Shown here: positions 1 through 13,130 of the stretch, one piece after another | Numbering within the stretch: the stretch's first letter is position 1 | Layout of the letters: the number at the start of each line of letters is the position of its first letter | From: Isurus oxyrinchus | Taxonomy: Eukaryota | Assembly: GCA_026770705.1 (NCBI GenBank) | Contig: JANJGN010000019.1 | Coordinates: 31,372,001 to 31,436,000, forward strand | Reading direction: 5' to 3' | DNA: 64,000 nt | Notes under the pieces: generated by a model | The model's input: only the letters and a program-made list of their open reading frames with translations | Told to the model about the DNA's origin: nothing | Databases searched by the model: none | Made by a program: the position numbers and the translations under genes

Positions 1-21
1 ATTGACCATGGCATGTATTTT

Positions 22-347
22 TACATTCTTTCTTGAGATTTGTTACCCATCCCTAATTGCTCTTGAACTGGGTGGCTTCTGAGGCCATTTAAGAGTCAAC
101 CACATTGCTGTGGGTCTGAAGTCACATTTAGGCCAGACCAGGTAAGGATAGCAGATTTCTTTCAAGGATGTTAATGAACCAGATGGGTTTTTACCACAAT
201 AGCTTCATGGTCACCATTACCAGGACAAGCTTTTAATTCCTGATTAATTAATTAAGCAGCTGTGGTGGGATTTGAACCCATGCCCCAAGAGCATTAGCCT
301 GAGCTTCTGTATTACTATCCCTAACATTACCATTACACCATCAGCTC
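22..347 (-). mobile_element. tRNA-derived SINE (same family as 30688-31083 and 59995-60305)
   Basis: Reverse complement of the other two copies; B-box-like GGGTTCAAATCCC on the minus strand. Confidence 0.8.
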
Positions 348-359
348 CCCACTTTGATG

Positions 360-1968
360 AGCATACGTGATCATCATTTGTATATTGCAGAAGCACAGGC
401 AATGGTGAACAAAAGGGTCTGGACTTCTAGCAGGGGTGAGCGGCTGCAATGTGCTTGAAGTGTGGATCTTTATTTGGCTGGATGGCTGAAGTGGTAAGGA
501 TTAGGAGAAACGCATGAATATATTTGCCTCCTGAGCCTTCGTTGCGCATATATCTTTTATGTCCCCATGTCTATCAGTTTGCTGTGACTCCTCATCAGCT
601 TCCTCATCTGAGGATACCTCACGCTTCACTATGTCTTCAGCATCCATATCCTCCCTACCTCTGTAGCGCCAGGTTGTGGAAAGTGCAGCAAACCACCATA
701 ATCCAGGAGACCCTTGCTGGGGCATAGTGAAGTACACCACACAACTGATCCAGGCATCGGAATCTCATTTTAGGGAGACCAGTGATCTGCTCAATGGTTG
801 CTCTGCTCACAGTGTAGCTCGTGTTTTAGTGTTCCTCTCCCTCAGACCTTGGGTTCTTCACTGGTGTCAGCAGCCATCTCTTCAGTGGATAACTCTTGTT
901 GGCAAGTATCTGTCCTTGCAGGTGTACACCGGGGGTTGAAAAGCAGGGGCACCTGTGGGTGCTGGAGAATGTACGTGTTGTGACTGCTCTCAGATTAATA
1001 AGCATAGACCTGCAGGATCCACTAACAGTGGTTTCAGACAAGTTGGCTGTTAAGGAAATTAAATCCCTTCCAGTTAATGAATGCTGCCAGCTGTGGGAGC
1101 TCTGCTGGCCACATGCCTGCTGTCTATGTGACTTTGTACCTGGAGAATCCAGCCATGGTACCAAATCCTCTGGCTCCCTCAGCCTGGTGTCTGCATTGGT
1201 TTGGAAATTATTGTATTGGTTGGCCCTTCTGAAGAGGGTATCTGCCACTCGCTTGATTCAGTGATTGGGAGATTATGTCTCCAGTGGGCCACCACATGGT
1301 GACCTTAAGTGCCATTGGCCATCAGATGTCTACCAATGCAACTAGAGCTCACCTCCTCTGCCATCATGGCACACAAATTGGGACTGGCACAGTCTTTGGC
1401 GACACTCTGACATCTGTAGGTAGCTCATAATTTGTTTGTAGGCCCTGCCAATAGGGTACCTTCGTCTCTGTGCTGCTATGTGCTAGTTATCCCCTTTACT
1501 GCCTTCTGCTGCTCCCCCATAATAAGGCTGCCCTTGAAGGTAGCAAGGAGGTTGCTGCTGTCCCAATCCGTGTGTGCGCACTTCTCCCTCCTCTCAAGTT
1601 TTCCTCCTCACTGGAGGAATCTCCTCTAGAATGAAAGGTGCCCATGCTACTTGGACACTGCCAGTCTGACTAGGGCATCCTTCCAGTAGATGCTACAATG
1701 CTGCCCAACCCTTCCCCCGTCGCAGGCCCCTCTCCTATGTGCCCTCTGCCAGGAGTACAATCTCCACCTCGACACCAAATCAATGGCTGTCCTTTTTGAG
1801 AAGGAAGGAAAAAAGCCAACTCCACAGCTGCCGAGTGCAGCAATAATAACCACTTGTAAAATTGCATCCTGCTGTGATTTCTGGGGTCCATCCCAATGTC
1901 ATCTCACACAATTTTACGATACCCCTTCTTCCATCATTGTCTGTTTCTGCTCCGTAAAATCCTGGCCA
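360..1968 (-). mobile_element. Degenerate PIF/Harbinger transposon with HARBI1-like DDE transposase remnant
   Basis: Minus-strand fragments DTLFRRANQY, LANKSYPLKRWLLTPV (cf. LGDKGYPL..WLMTP) and LHYAPARVSWIMVVCCTFHNLALQR (cf. LQYSP..V..II.ACC.LHN), interrupted by frameshifts. A TIR-like end GTAAAATCCTGGCC lies at 1954-1967. Confidence 0.75.
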
Positions 1969-2559
1969 TAGAAACAGATAGCAAAGCGAAAATAGTGCAG
2001 CAATCTAAAGAAAAATAGGTGTATTCTAAGGCAGAGATATTAACTTTTTAAAAATTCCTGCCCTAATTTAAACCTCTGAAATTTGCTTACTGCCCTCAAG
2101 TGGAAGCACCTACATATTCTAATTCATTCAAAAAGCCTCAGGGAGAAAACCTGAAAGAGGCAGGATCAAAGAAGTCCCGCATTCAAACAATGGAATTGAT
2201 TGAAAACCTGGTCAACCAATCACAGTTGGTTCACTGGTGATAACTTGATAATATTACAATAAGGGGAAAGTTACTTCTCTGCACTTCCTTTCTGTCCAAG
2301 GTTATAAATGTGAAATTAAGAGAAAGCTCACACAACCAACCTGGCGGAAGTAACACTATAACTAATGATTAAAGTAGTTACCTACATTAGAAAAAAATCA
2401 ATTTATGATAAATTTAAATTTAAATAAATAAAATAGTAGCATCTATCTTAAAGCCCTTAGTAAATTCAGATCAATGCTGTTAGGTTTATTGTTGGGGTTG
2501 ACAAAATGAAAGGGATACTATCAAACTTAGAAGAATTTATAATACTGAGGAGTTGGAGT

Positions 2560-3540
2560 TCATCCACCTTCCACAAGAAGTGGAAGAAGATGAATAAAGG
2601 CTTGCTCAAAGAGGTAGATTTTGAGGATGTAATACTGAGGTAGAAGGCATTCCCAAGTGTAGGGCAGGACAACTGAAGGCTCTATAACTGAAGGTGGAAT
2701 AGAAAGAAGGGAAGTAAAGAGGCTGGATGAGTGAGGGATGGGTGCAGATCCCTGAAGCTGAATGAAATAGCAGAGATAGTGAGGGACAAAGCTATAGAAG
2801 GGCTTACAGACATTCTGAAATTGAGGCCTGAAGTAATAGGTCATCAATGAAATGTTGGAGAGAATGAGGGCTAATAAAAGAGAAGAACTTAGTGCAGAAT
2901 AGGGTACGGACAGCAAAACCCTAGACAAAGTGCAATCTGTGAGAGCATAACTTGACAGGCCAATAAGCAGATGATTGGAATAATCAGAGATGGGTTGTTA
3001 AGCATTTCAGGGCCAGCAAGGGTGAATTAAGAGTGGAGGCAGGTGAAGTTACAGATTTAGAAATAGATCTTGGTGGTAACTAAAATGTGAGCTTTGGAGT
3101 TCAGCTAATGATCATATACCAAAATTGTGCACTGTCATTTCAAGCAAGCTGTTACAGCAAAAGATGAAATCAAAGGCTAAGATTTTGGTGGGAGTGAACA
3201 GAATGGCTTTGGTCTTACTGATGTGAGTTGAAAGAAGTTATTGTTCATCCACAACTAGGGGAATTTAGGTGAAGGTTGAAATTGGAGTGATTCAGTGCTG
3301 AGGTTGTGAGCAGAGGAGGGAACAGATTTCAGCTAAAAAGTTCTCAGAGGAAGACAATAGACTTGGAAGGGGAAAGGAAGCAAGGGGCAAAGGATGAGGT
3401 GACCAAAAGAATAGAAGGTCCTGAACTCTAAGGAGGCAGGATAAGGTGGAACTTGTCAGCATGAGTCATGTCATGGATCAGCATATTGTGGAATGTAGGG
3501 TAGAGGTATCTTAGTAATAAGAAAGGAATCACCATCTAAA
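2560..3540 (-). mobile_element. Highly decayed L2-like LINE fragments
   Basis: Purine-rich plus strand resembling the reverse complement of the L2 RT/3' region at 4500-5700. Confidence 0.45.
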
Positions 3541-3589
3541 AGCCAAGTTCAGTAAGGCCTAGCATACACAGCCATCTAAGATGGTATGT

Positions 3590-5700
3590 GGATGATGCTT
3601 TCTCATTAAGCTATCTCCAGTGCTTTCCTCCCTCTCCCTCTGCACTTGGTGATTTCAACATCCCTCTCAACTCATCATGCTCTCTCTTCCCTGAACTTAC
3701 TGCCCTCTGACCCTCTCTTAATCTCACCCTCCATGTAAATTCCCCAACCTATATTCAGGGCTACCCCCTTGGCCTTGCCATCTTATGCTGCCTCACCACT
3801 CCCATCATGTCAATGACAGATAAGGCCATCTCTGTTCATTTTCTTGCATCACTTTCCACCCACATTCCCCTTACATATCACTACACTATTTTCCTTTTGT
3901 TTCTGTCCCTGTGGGATAAGGATCCCCCAATTCACTTAAAACTGGACTTTCAAAATGCCAACTGTTTAACCTTTGACCCTCCATTCATCATAGCTTTTCT
4001 GCAGCTGCTGATCTGCTCAAATGCACCCTCACCTCCACTTTTGATGCCATATTCTCCACTGTCTCCTTGGTCATTCCACCAGCATGGCCTGCATCTCAGC
4101 TCCCCCAAGGCTTGAAAGGGTATGACAGGCAACAGATTTTAGCCATTCACTGTCAGACCTGTTTGGACCACATAAAGTACTGCTCACACCTGCTAAAACT
4201 GCTCACTATTCCATGATTATCCTGAAATGCAAAAATAACTACCAGTTTCTTTCCTTTGCTGCAAGCCATCTTCTTAAACCCACTTTCCTGTCTCCTCCAC
4301 CCTCACCTCCAACGATAAGTCTGAGGAGCTCATGGACCCCTTTTTGTTATGAAGACCAAGATTATCCGATCAATTGCCACTGCTCTTTCCCTCTCTTCCA
4401 TGACCCTATTTGGTCAAACATCCCCTAAAGTTCCCCTTACCCTAGCCTTAATTTGCATCTTTCTCTAGTTTCTCTCCTAACCTCTCTCATGGCCTCTCTA
4501 CCTACCTTTCTGCTCCCTCAACCCTATTTTCACTAAATCGCTAAGCACCTAACTTCCTCCCCTCCTGATCCCCATGTTAGTTAATATTGTTAAAGGTTCT
4601 CTCTCTTTAGATATTGTCCCCATTTCCTTCAAAACAGCATCATCAGCCCTCTCCTCAAAAAACCAACACTTGACCCCCATCATCCTTGCAAACTACTGCC
4701 CCATCCGACCTCCCTTTCCTCTCCAAAGTCCCAGAAGGTGTAGTTGTCTCCCAATCCCATGCTTCCCAGGACTCCATGTTTGAATCCCTCCAATCAGGGT
4801 TCTACCCTGCCAAGTAGCAAAACGGCATTTATCAAAGTCATAAATGACATCCTATGTGACTATGACAAAGGTAAGCTAGCCCTTCTTGCCCTTCTCGATC
4901 TGTCTGCAGCCTTTAACACAGTTGGCCACACCATCCTCCTCCAATGCCTCTCCACCATCTTCCCACTGGGAGGGACTATTTTCACCTTGATCCAATCTTA
5001 ACCATCTAATTGTAGCCATAGTATCATTTGCAATGACTTCTCTTCCCACTACTACACCGTTATCTCTGGTGTCCCCCAAGGACCTATCCTTGGTCCCTCC
5101 TATTTCTCACCTAGATGTGTCCCTTGGTTTGAAAACACAGCATTGATATTCACATGTGCGCTCATGATATCCAGCTCTACCTTGCCACTACTTCTCTTGA
5201 CTCTTCCATTGTTGCTAAATTATCAAACTGTTGGTTCAACATGCAGTACTGGATAAGCAGATATTTCCTCCAATTAAATACCAGGCAGACAAAAGCTATT
5301 GTCCTTGGCTGTTGCTCGAAACTCCATTCCCTAGCTACCCACTGTTTCAGGCTAAATCAGACTTTTCATAAGCTTGCTGTCATGAACTTGATACGAGCTT
5401 TCAGCTACACATTCATGCCACTACAAGCTCTTTTTCTACTTCCATAACATCACCCAACTCCACCTTTGCCTCAATTCATTTGTTGCTGAAACCTTCATCC
5501 ATGCTTTTGTTATTTCTAAACTTGATTATTCCAATACACTACTGGCCATCCTCCCACATTCTATCCTCTGTAAACTTAGGGTCATCCAAAACTCTGTTAC
5601 CCATGTCCTTACATGCACCAAGTCCTGTTCGCCCATCACTCCCATGCGTGCTGACCTACACTGGCTTCCAGTTAAGCAACACATTGATTTTAAAATTTGA
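3590..5700 (+). mobile_element. L2-clade LINE remnant (endonuclease linker + reverse transcriptase, frameshifted)
   Basis: Translated motifs LANYCPI, TAFIKVINDILCD..LLALLDLSAAFNTVGHTILLQCL, GVPQGPILGP and HMCAHDIQLYL (decayed YADDTQLYL); typical L2 3' region (HWLPV). Confidence 0.88.
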
Positions 5701-6184
5701 GGATGTTTTTCTTACATTGCAGGTGCTCCATAAATACAAGTTACCAGCAGTGGGACTCATGGTGGGTGTCACAGAAAACAACTGGAATAGAGTAGATGGA
5801 AGCTATTTGGAAGAACTTGCCTACTTTGCCTTTGCGTACTTCATTTAATTAATTAATTTAATTTTTACTATTTTTACAGTCCTGTGTGTGCTGGTGTTAT
5901 CATAGCCACAATAGCATTGCTAAACTATCTCCAACCACATTTCAGGAGCAACCTAAGGTAAAAGCACTGATAAAATCCTGAGGCCCTGTCATACTGGTAT
6001 CTCCTCGATTTGTGATAGCTAAGGAGGCCTAATTTGCCACACAAATGCGTCTCTATGTAACCCATATGCCTACAAACACATCTAACACTTACTGTATTAC
6101 TTTCTGGTTTTCAGATTCAAATGCCCAATAAAAAACACACAATAAAACGCAGAAAAAGAGTGAAAAAATCTTTATTCCATTTGT

Positions 6185-6391
6185 TCATTCATGTGTTGAC
6201 CTTGAGAAAGGCCTGAACATAGCACTAGAAAAGTCTGTAATCTTTTTCTGCTTAGCTTGCTGTTTTTGGACGTGTGCGATATAGTCTGCAATGTTGTCAA
6301 TGCAGTCAAACATGTATTCAGTGTTTTTGTGCTGCAATGCCAAATCCCAGAGCATCCCATCACAGAGAAATTTGAGCATGCTTAGGTCCAA
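6185..6391 (-). mobile_element. Possible pogo/Tigger transposase C-terminal remnant
   Basis: The ORF ends in QKQQAKQKKITDFS, resembling the Q-x-x-I-x-x-F-F terminal motif of pogo/Tigger transposases. TIRs were not identified. Confidence 0.3.
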
Positions 6392-6781
6392 TCACTCCAC
6401 TCTGATTGATCATTGCAGTCACATGACCCCTGATTTCAGCAGTGTTTCTCTTGCCTGCGCCGAACAAAAACTCAGCCAACCCGGATCGACCACTGCCGAA
6501 TTTCAGCTAACCCCGGGCATTAGTCTATAGCTTCTGCTATTTTGCTGGCAGGAATGGTTGATAAATTCAACACAAACAGAATTTTGTGTACCCAAGTTTG
6601 ATTCATCAAGATTCCAATGTACAGCTCTAACTTTCTTGCCTTGGTCCTTGCCCTGATGCAAAGGTCCGTTTAGGCTTGCAGTGCATAAATCACAATGCTG
6701 GCCTGTTTGGGTAGACTCAGTGCTCAGCTAATAATAATAATAATAATAAATGACTTTTTCTAAAGCCACAAGATTATTCAT

Positions 6782-7166
6782 GTAAGGACCACGGGCTTGG
6801 CTGCTGAGGGCCTGATTGGACCAATCACTGTTTGTATGGCACACACTGTATCATTTGCAGTCCTAATTTCACAAAGGGGCCTGAGACAGGAACCCCCCAA
6901 CTTGCAAATGCAATCAGTTTCAGGCACATGGCCGAGATACCTATGAAAGGTACTTAACCAATATGATAACCAATACCGTGATATCTTCAGATTTGGTATA
7001 AAGTTACTTGTATCCAGACTTTTCCTGTAATCCACTTGTCACTTCAGATGCTGGGTTCCTGTTTCAGGCCCCTTTGTGAAGTTAGGACTGCAAATGATAC
7101 AATGTCTGCCATACAAACAGTGATTGGTCCAATCAGGCACTCAGCAGCCAAGCCCCTGGTCCTTAC
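6782..7166. repeat. Inverted repeat, 114-bp arms (6782-6895 / 7053-7166)
   Basis: GTAAGGACCACGGGCTTGGCTGCTGAG...ACAGGAACCC versus GGGTTCCTGT...CTCAGCAGCCAAGCCCCTGGTCCTTAC, with few mismatches. Confidence 0.92.
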
Positions 7167-7790
7167 TTGAAATCAACACACCATCTGCCACCCTGGACCT
7201 TTACTGCCCGTTGTGCAGTTGTAAAATGGGCACAGCACAGTCCAACGTCGAGACTAGTATCTTCAGAAGAGGTGGAGAGAAAATTGACAAATAAAATGTG
7301 TGGCAATGAAAGTACAGGAAATCATTAACTTGGGCTTCGTTTCCATCTATGCATATTAGATCATCTCCCAGAAATTGTGCATCTCAGTTGCTCCCCCAGT
7401 TCTCTGTCTTCCCTGAATATGTGATCAGCACTCACAAACTTAATTAAAAATCAACAAGAAGAGCAAATAAATAATATCTACTATAATTTATAACTACGTG
7501 CTGATGGTCAGACTCTTCAAAATAATGTCAGCACAAGTGTCTTTAAATGCTTCCTAGCTCAGAAATGATCATTATTTACAGGCACACAGCAACCTAACTC
7601 TGATATTTTCTTGATAATAACAGTGCAATCCTTTTATATGCAACGTATCATGAGATGGACAAAAAAGTACTTGTAACCCAACCCACAAGTAACAAGCGTG
7701 GCTATACCAGCATTTATTGTGATATCTTCAGACTTGGTATAAAGTTACTTGTAACCAGACTTTTCCTGTAATCCACTTGTCACTTCAGAT
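6978..7790 (+). repeat. 72-bp direct repeat (6978-7049 and 7719-7790)
   Basis: GTGATATCTTCAGA(T/C)TTGGTATAAAGTTACTTGTA(T/A)CCAGACTTTTCCTGTAATCCACTTGTCACTTCAGAT occurs twice. Confidence 0.93.
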
Positions 7791-9571
7791 ACTGGTGAAT
7801 TTGGCCATGCCAATCCAGTTGTAAGTTTCATGTTTATCACACATAGCTGAGAAGATTTCATAGATACATAGTGAAAATGCCAACAGATATTTGATTATGT
7901 TCCACAATTCATTGTTAGATCTTGGATAACCCTTTCTACTAAGCCTAAAATGTACTGGACAATCAGCATAAAGCAAAGCATCCATAATTTCATTAGTCCT
8001 TGGATAGTAAACTCAATGGTTGTGGAATACCACGGTTGATTAGATTTATACACCTTAACTTTGAATAACTATTGTTTCAATATTTGAAAAAGACTGCCAA
8101 ATATTTCTGGGAATAATTAACGTGCTGAAATAATGTACAACAATCCAATTTTGGGCATTAAGCCAATTCTTTAAAGCTAAATTCTGTGTATCTAATGGTC
8201 CTAAGTTTACACGGTTTTATTATTGAAAGGCCTTGTTCTGCTGTAGCCATCCGTGGTGACTAAAACATATGACTGAGTTCATACAATTTCTAAAAGTAAC
8301 TAGCAATTGAAAAATTAAAACTATATATTATTTAAAAAATAACAATACACATCATTGCTTGTTTCCAAACAGGCCCACCACCTCGCAACTGAGCTAGAAT
8401 TAACAGCTGCAGCTGTGTGTTCCTACTTTCATGCTACTCGACCCCAGTTTCCATAGTAGCATGTCAGCAAGGACAGGTGCAATAGGGCCAGTGGTGCACA
8501 ACATACAACTTGTGCTCAAACACAGCCAGCCAGATCCTTTCTGTCAGCCCACAAAGGAACTCCAAAATGTGGGAAACACTAGCCTAACCGGTTCCTTTGT
8601 AAACTCCAGTGGCCTGGTTGAACTGGTTTTTCCATGGCATTGTCTTTATTCTTTCATAAATCGATTATCCCTGGAATGGTTAAACAAATGATGAAGATGC
8701 TTTCTTGTAATGTGTAGCACTACTGAAAAGTAAAGGCAAAAAGGGTTCTTTCAGTCATTAAAGCAGCTTGGCTTAACCAGCCTATTTTTCTGACAGCTAC
8801 CAGTCAGATCCTCACACCTCCCAGCCAAGGGAGATTCCACGCTGTAAAAACAGCTGTTAGTTTAATATTAATTAGAAAATCTAAAATGGTAATTTATCTC
8901 TACATAACTGGTCATTTACTAGTCTACAACAAGAGCAATTGAGTTTACAACAACTTCAACTAATATTTATATAGGTTATATAACTTATATTTATATACTC
9001 ATATTTACTGCAAAATTATGAATAAACTTCTTTCTCTTGACCTTTATATTCTGTCTGCTTATATTGGCATTAAAACATTTTACCCAAGTTGCAGAAATAA
9101 CCCTGTACAGAAACGTTATTGTGAATCTGATTACACCTCCATTTTTGGTTCCCACAGTGGAAATAATCTAAATAGTCTTAACAAATTGTATGAATTTTAA
9201 TAGCAATGGTGACAAAAGTAGATGATATTTTCTCATATGGCCAAGTTTCAGTGAAATTAAATGATGATACAACATAAAAAAATAAATTTGTATAATTTGG
9301 CAAGGCAACTGCATCAATCCATTGAAGGATGCAGTCACAAAAGTCACTGTACAGAATCCAGAGTATGGCTTGGTGTCCAAGTTTTACTATGTTAAAAGCA
9401 CTTCATAAATGCAGATTGTTGTTGCGAAGGACTAACCTATCTGAAAACAGCTGATGAAATGAAACTTCCAAGCAACAGGAAAAGGAATGATACAATACAG
9501 GAAAACCAAAGGCCATAAAAGAAAGATATCACGTGATCAAAGAAGATAATTGAACACTTGCTCAATATGAT

Positions 9572-10420
9572 AAAAACAAAAACAGAATTACCTGGAAAAA
9601 CTCAGCAGGTTTGGCAGCATCGGTGGGGAAGAAAAGAGTTGACATTTTGAGTCCTCATGACCCTTCAACAGAACTGAGTGAATATTAGGAGATGGGTGAA
9701 ATATAAACTGGTTTAAGGTTGGGGGGGGGGTTGGGGGCAGAGAAGTGGGGGGTGGGATGTGGTTGTAGGGACAAGCAAGCAATGATAGGAGCAGATAATC
9801 AAAAGTTGTCACAGACAGAAGAACAAAGAGGTGTTGGAGGTGGTGATATTATCTAAACGAATGTGCTAATTAAGAATGGATGGCAGGACACTCAAGGTAC
9901 AGCTTTAGTGGGGGTGGGGTGGAAAGGCTAACAGGGCATAAAAGATATAGATTTAAAAATAATGGAAATAGGTGGGAAAAGGTGGGAAATTATTTCCATA
10001 TTTCCTATTTCCATTATTTTTAAATCTATATCTTTTATGCCCTGTTAGCCTTTCCACCCCACCCCCACTAGAGCTGTAACTTGAGTGTCCTGCCACCCAT
10101 TCTTAATTAGCACATTCGTTTAGATAACCTTCAACACCTCTTTGTTCTTCTGTCTGTGACATCTTTTGATTATCTGCTCCTATCACTGCTTGCTTGTCCC
10201 TACAACCACCGCCCCCCCCTCCACTTCTCTGCCCCCTCCACCTTAAACCAGCTTATATTTCACCCATCTCCTAATATTCACTCAGTTCTGTGGAAGGGTC
10301 ATGAGGACTCAAACGTCAACTCTTTTCTTCTCTGTCAATGCTGCCAGACCTGCTGAGTTTTTCCAGGTAATTCTGTTTTTGTTTTGGATTTCCAGCATCC
10401 GCAGTTTTTTGTTTTTATTT
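9572..10420. mobile_element. Penelope-like element terminal segment present as an inverted duplication, with 14-bp TSD
   Basis: Arms at ~9573-9972 and ~10004-10385 are reverse complements. Flanking direct repeat TTGCTCAATATGAT at 9558-9571 and 10421-10434. Hammerhead-like motif in each arm. Confidence 0.8.
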
Positions 10421-11729
10421 TTGCTCAATATGATGATTGAAGATAGTGACAACCCTTCATCAGAACCTACTATTGAATCTGACACAGGACATTGTAGTGT
10501 TTGCTGTATTTTGTATTTATACATAAATAATATCATAATATTCACAAAGTTCCTTATAAAGCGCATTCCAACAACAGGTATCTTGGAAATTCTCAACTAG
10601 TAGTGCCCCATTCTTTTATGCTCCAAGTAAATAAAATTAATTAGTGGCTCTGTTTTCTGAAACAATTATTGTGGATGCATTTGAATGTGATGCATTACAT
10701 GCAAATTACCTTGTAAATCTCCAGAAATTAGCCCAGCATGTAGAGTTCTGAGTGACTGCATGAGACCAGCATCATGTCCGATGAAATGGATGTAATTCAT
10801 ACAGATCACAATAGTTCACAGGACATCTGACCTATGGAAACACATAACCCAATGATCTAGGCACCATATGGCTGACCATGCTATTAAGTGGTGGGAAGAT
10901 ACTACACTGATGATGGTTTCCTTCATAGGCCTTTTCTATGAAATACAAGTCAGAGCATCTACCTCTGTTCATGGTTAACCATTGCAGGCCTTTCAATGGC
11001 CTAATTTCACACGTACATTGGATTTTCCATTCCACTGTGCAGTCTAAAATACCCAGGAACATGGTGCTCTAGTAATGCTGCATTATGTTATATGGTTAGG
11101 CTGAGCACAATTGATTCTACAAGTTGGTTATCTAATCAGCTTGCCTGTCACACTGAAACAGAAAATGTTGAAAATATAGCACAGGTCTGAAAAGGGAAGT
11201 ATATATTAATGTTTCAGATAAATTTATTTGTTGAGACCATGGTTTCGCATGAAATCAGCAGCCCTCTATACTGTAACTCTGTTCCCTTAAGAAAAAGTCT
11301 GCTGGTGAGTGGGGAGAATTGTGGGGCCACCTTTCTTCAAATAACTAGTTTTGTTTTTTGAGCTTTCCAGATTTTTAATACCGATACTCTCTTTTTATCT
11401 TTTTCCTCTTCACATCAAATGCCAAAGGATAGACTATTGCACCGAGCTCTTGCTAGATCCTGTGATGTGGATGATTCTCTACTGCTGACTATAATACTTC
11501 CTGTCCAAATAATGAATAACACTGTTACCAATCATTTCAGTTCTACTTTAAAAGAGAACATTCCGTTGCCCTCAGAGTTTAATTGATAAATATTTACCAC
11601 TTATATTTGGACAACTATTCTTGGACCTTTATTGATTAAATAAAGCTACTTTAACATTACTACCTGCTGTGGTCTTTGTCTTGACATGACCTTGTTTTAA
11701 AAATAATGAAAAATGTACATTTTTCCTTT

Positions 11730-13130
11730 CATAAAACAAGCCTATCAAGACTTTGCTTGGGCAGTAAGCAGGAAGTGGAAAAGAAATTGAAGCAGAAAAG
11801 TGAAAGTTCAGTTGAAGAGATAGGTTTTAAGGAAGGAATGCAGGAGTAGAGGTGGCATGGAACATATGTATGGGCATGATGGCTGAAAAATCTGCCATTA
11901 ATGGAATTGGGGAGGGGTAGATCAATCAGAGTCAAAAGGGTGGACTATATATATTGAAATGAAAGTCTGGAGCAAATTGTAGAAGTCAGTTAGAGTATGG
12001 ACATAAAAATGGTAACGAAGCTGTAGTCCGCAAAGGAGCATAGTTATTTCTGTCCATCAGAGAGAGACAAATTGGTTATATAGCTCGAAGGACACAGCTC
12101 CACATAAGCGTAGGATTAAGAAAGGAGGCAGGCCTCCATGACTATAGCCATTACGGTGATTGAACCCATGCTGTTGGCATCATTCTGCACCACAGTCTAG
12201 CCAACTGAGCTAATCAACCCTCACATAAAGGCATATAGGGATAGGTTAACCAGAATGAAGACATTAAAGCTAATGTATGCCTCTCTCTAGCAGTCCCTGG
12301 AGCTTGGGAGGTAGCTTGCCACGGAGCCGGCAAGAGCTTTTGTGTGGACTTGTTTAACATGCGGAGGCTGTTGCACTGCAGCTAACACACAGTTGTAGTT
12401 GACCAGGACACTCTCCTACTCTTATCACCTGCCATAGGCATTTCTGAAAGACTTACACATTGACAATCAACCTGCTTGGCCACACCACAAACACATCATC
12501 TATGGCCATCAATTCCTGGGGTGGGACTCAAACCTGGAGCTTCTAGCTCAGAGATAGGGAAGCTACCCACAGTGTCACAAAGCCCCCTTAAAGCTAGTGT
12601 GTAGGAGACAATAAATGTTCATGAAGTAAGGACTGCTGAAATATAGAACTTAATAAAAATGAATAGAAGTAATGCACTCTGGATGAATTGGAGTTTATGC
12701 AAGGTGGAATTTAAGAGGTTGGCAAGTGAAGCTTTGGAGAGACCAAGTCATAACCCAATAAAATCTTTGATGAGGGATCTGTGGCGTAGGGCTGGGGTAT
12801 AGACATGGGTGAGCAATTTTATAAGCATGAAAGCAGACAGCTTTGGAAATGGGTGAGAGATTTGATGCTAGCCTTGTGTCAAACAAGACACTGAGGCTTG
12901 AGGGATGGTGGTGGAATGAGCACTAGAAGTGTGAGGTTTCTGGCCAAGGACAAACAGCATGGTTTCATTTTTGCCAATGATGAGCTGGCAAAAGTTCCAG
13001 CACATCCAGGATTTGATATCCAATGGGCACTGTGACAACATAATGTCTGTCATTGAGACAAGCAATAGTAGCAGAGATGCAATGTTAAATATCACTGACA
13101 TGTATATGCAATACCTCTGATGGGAAGCCT
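11730..13130 (-). mobile_element. Decayed L2 3' region interrupted by tRNA-SINE fragments (~12050-12230, ~12490-12585)
   Basis: Minus-strand LDIKSWMCWNFCQLIIGKNETMLF is an L2 post-RT motif; B-box-like GGGTTCAATC and GGTTTGAGTCCC heads on the minus strand. Confidence 0.6.

Noticed and set aside
9588-10356. Pair of near-identical small ORFs (MTTFDYLLLSLLACPYNH / MTSFDYLLLSLLACPYNH) on opposite strands
   Set aside because: A by-product of the inverted Penelope-like arms; GTG starts and divergent frames.
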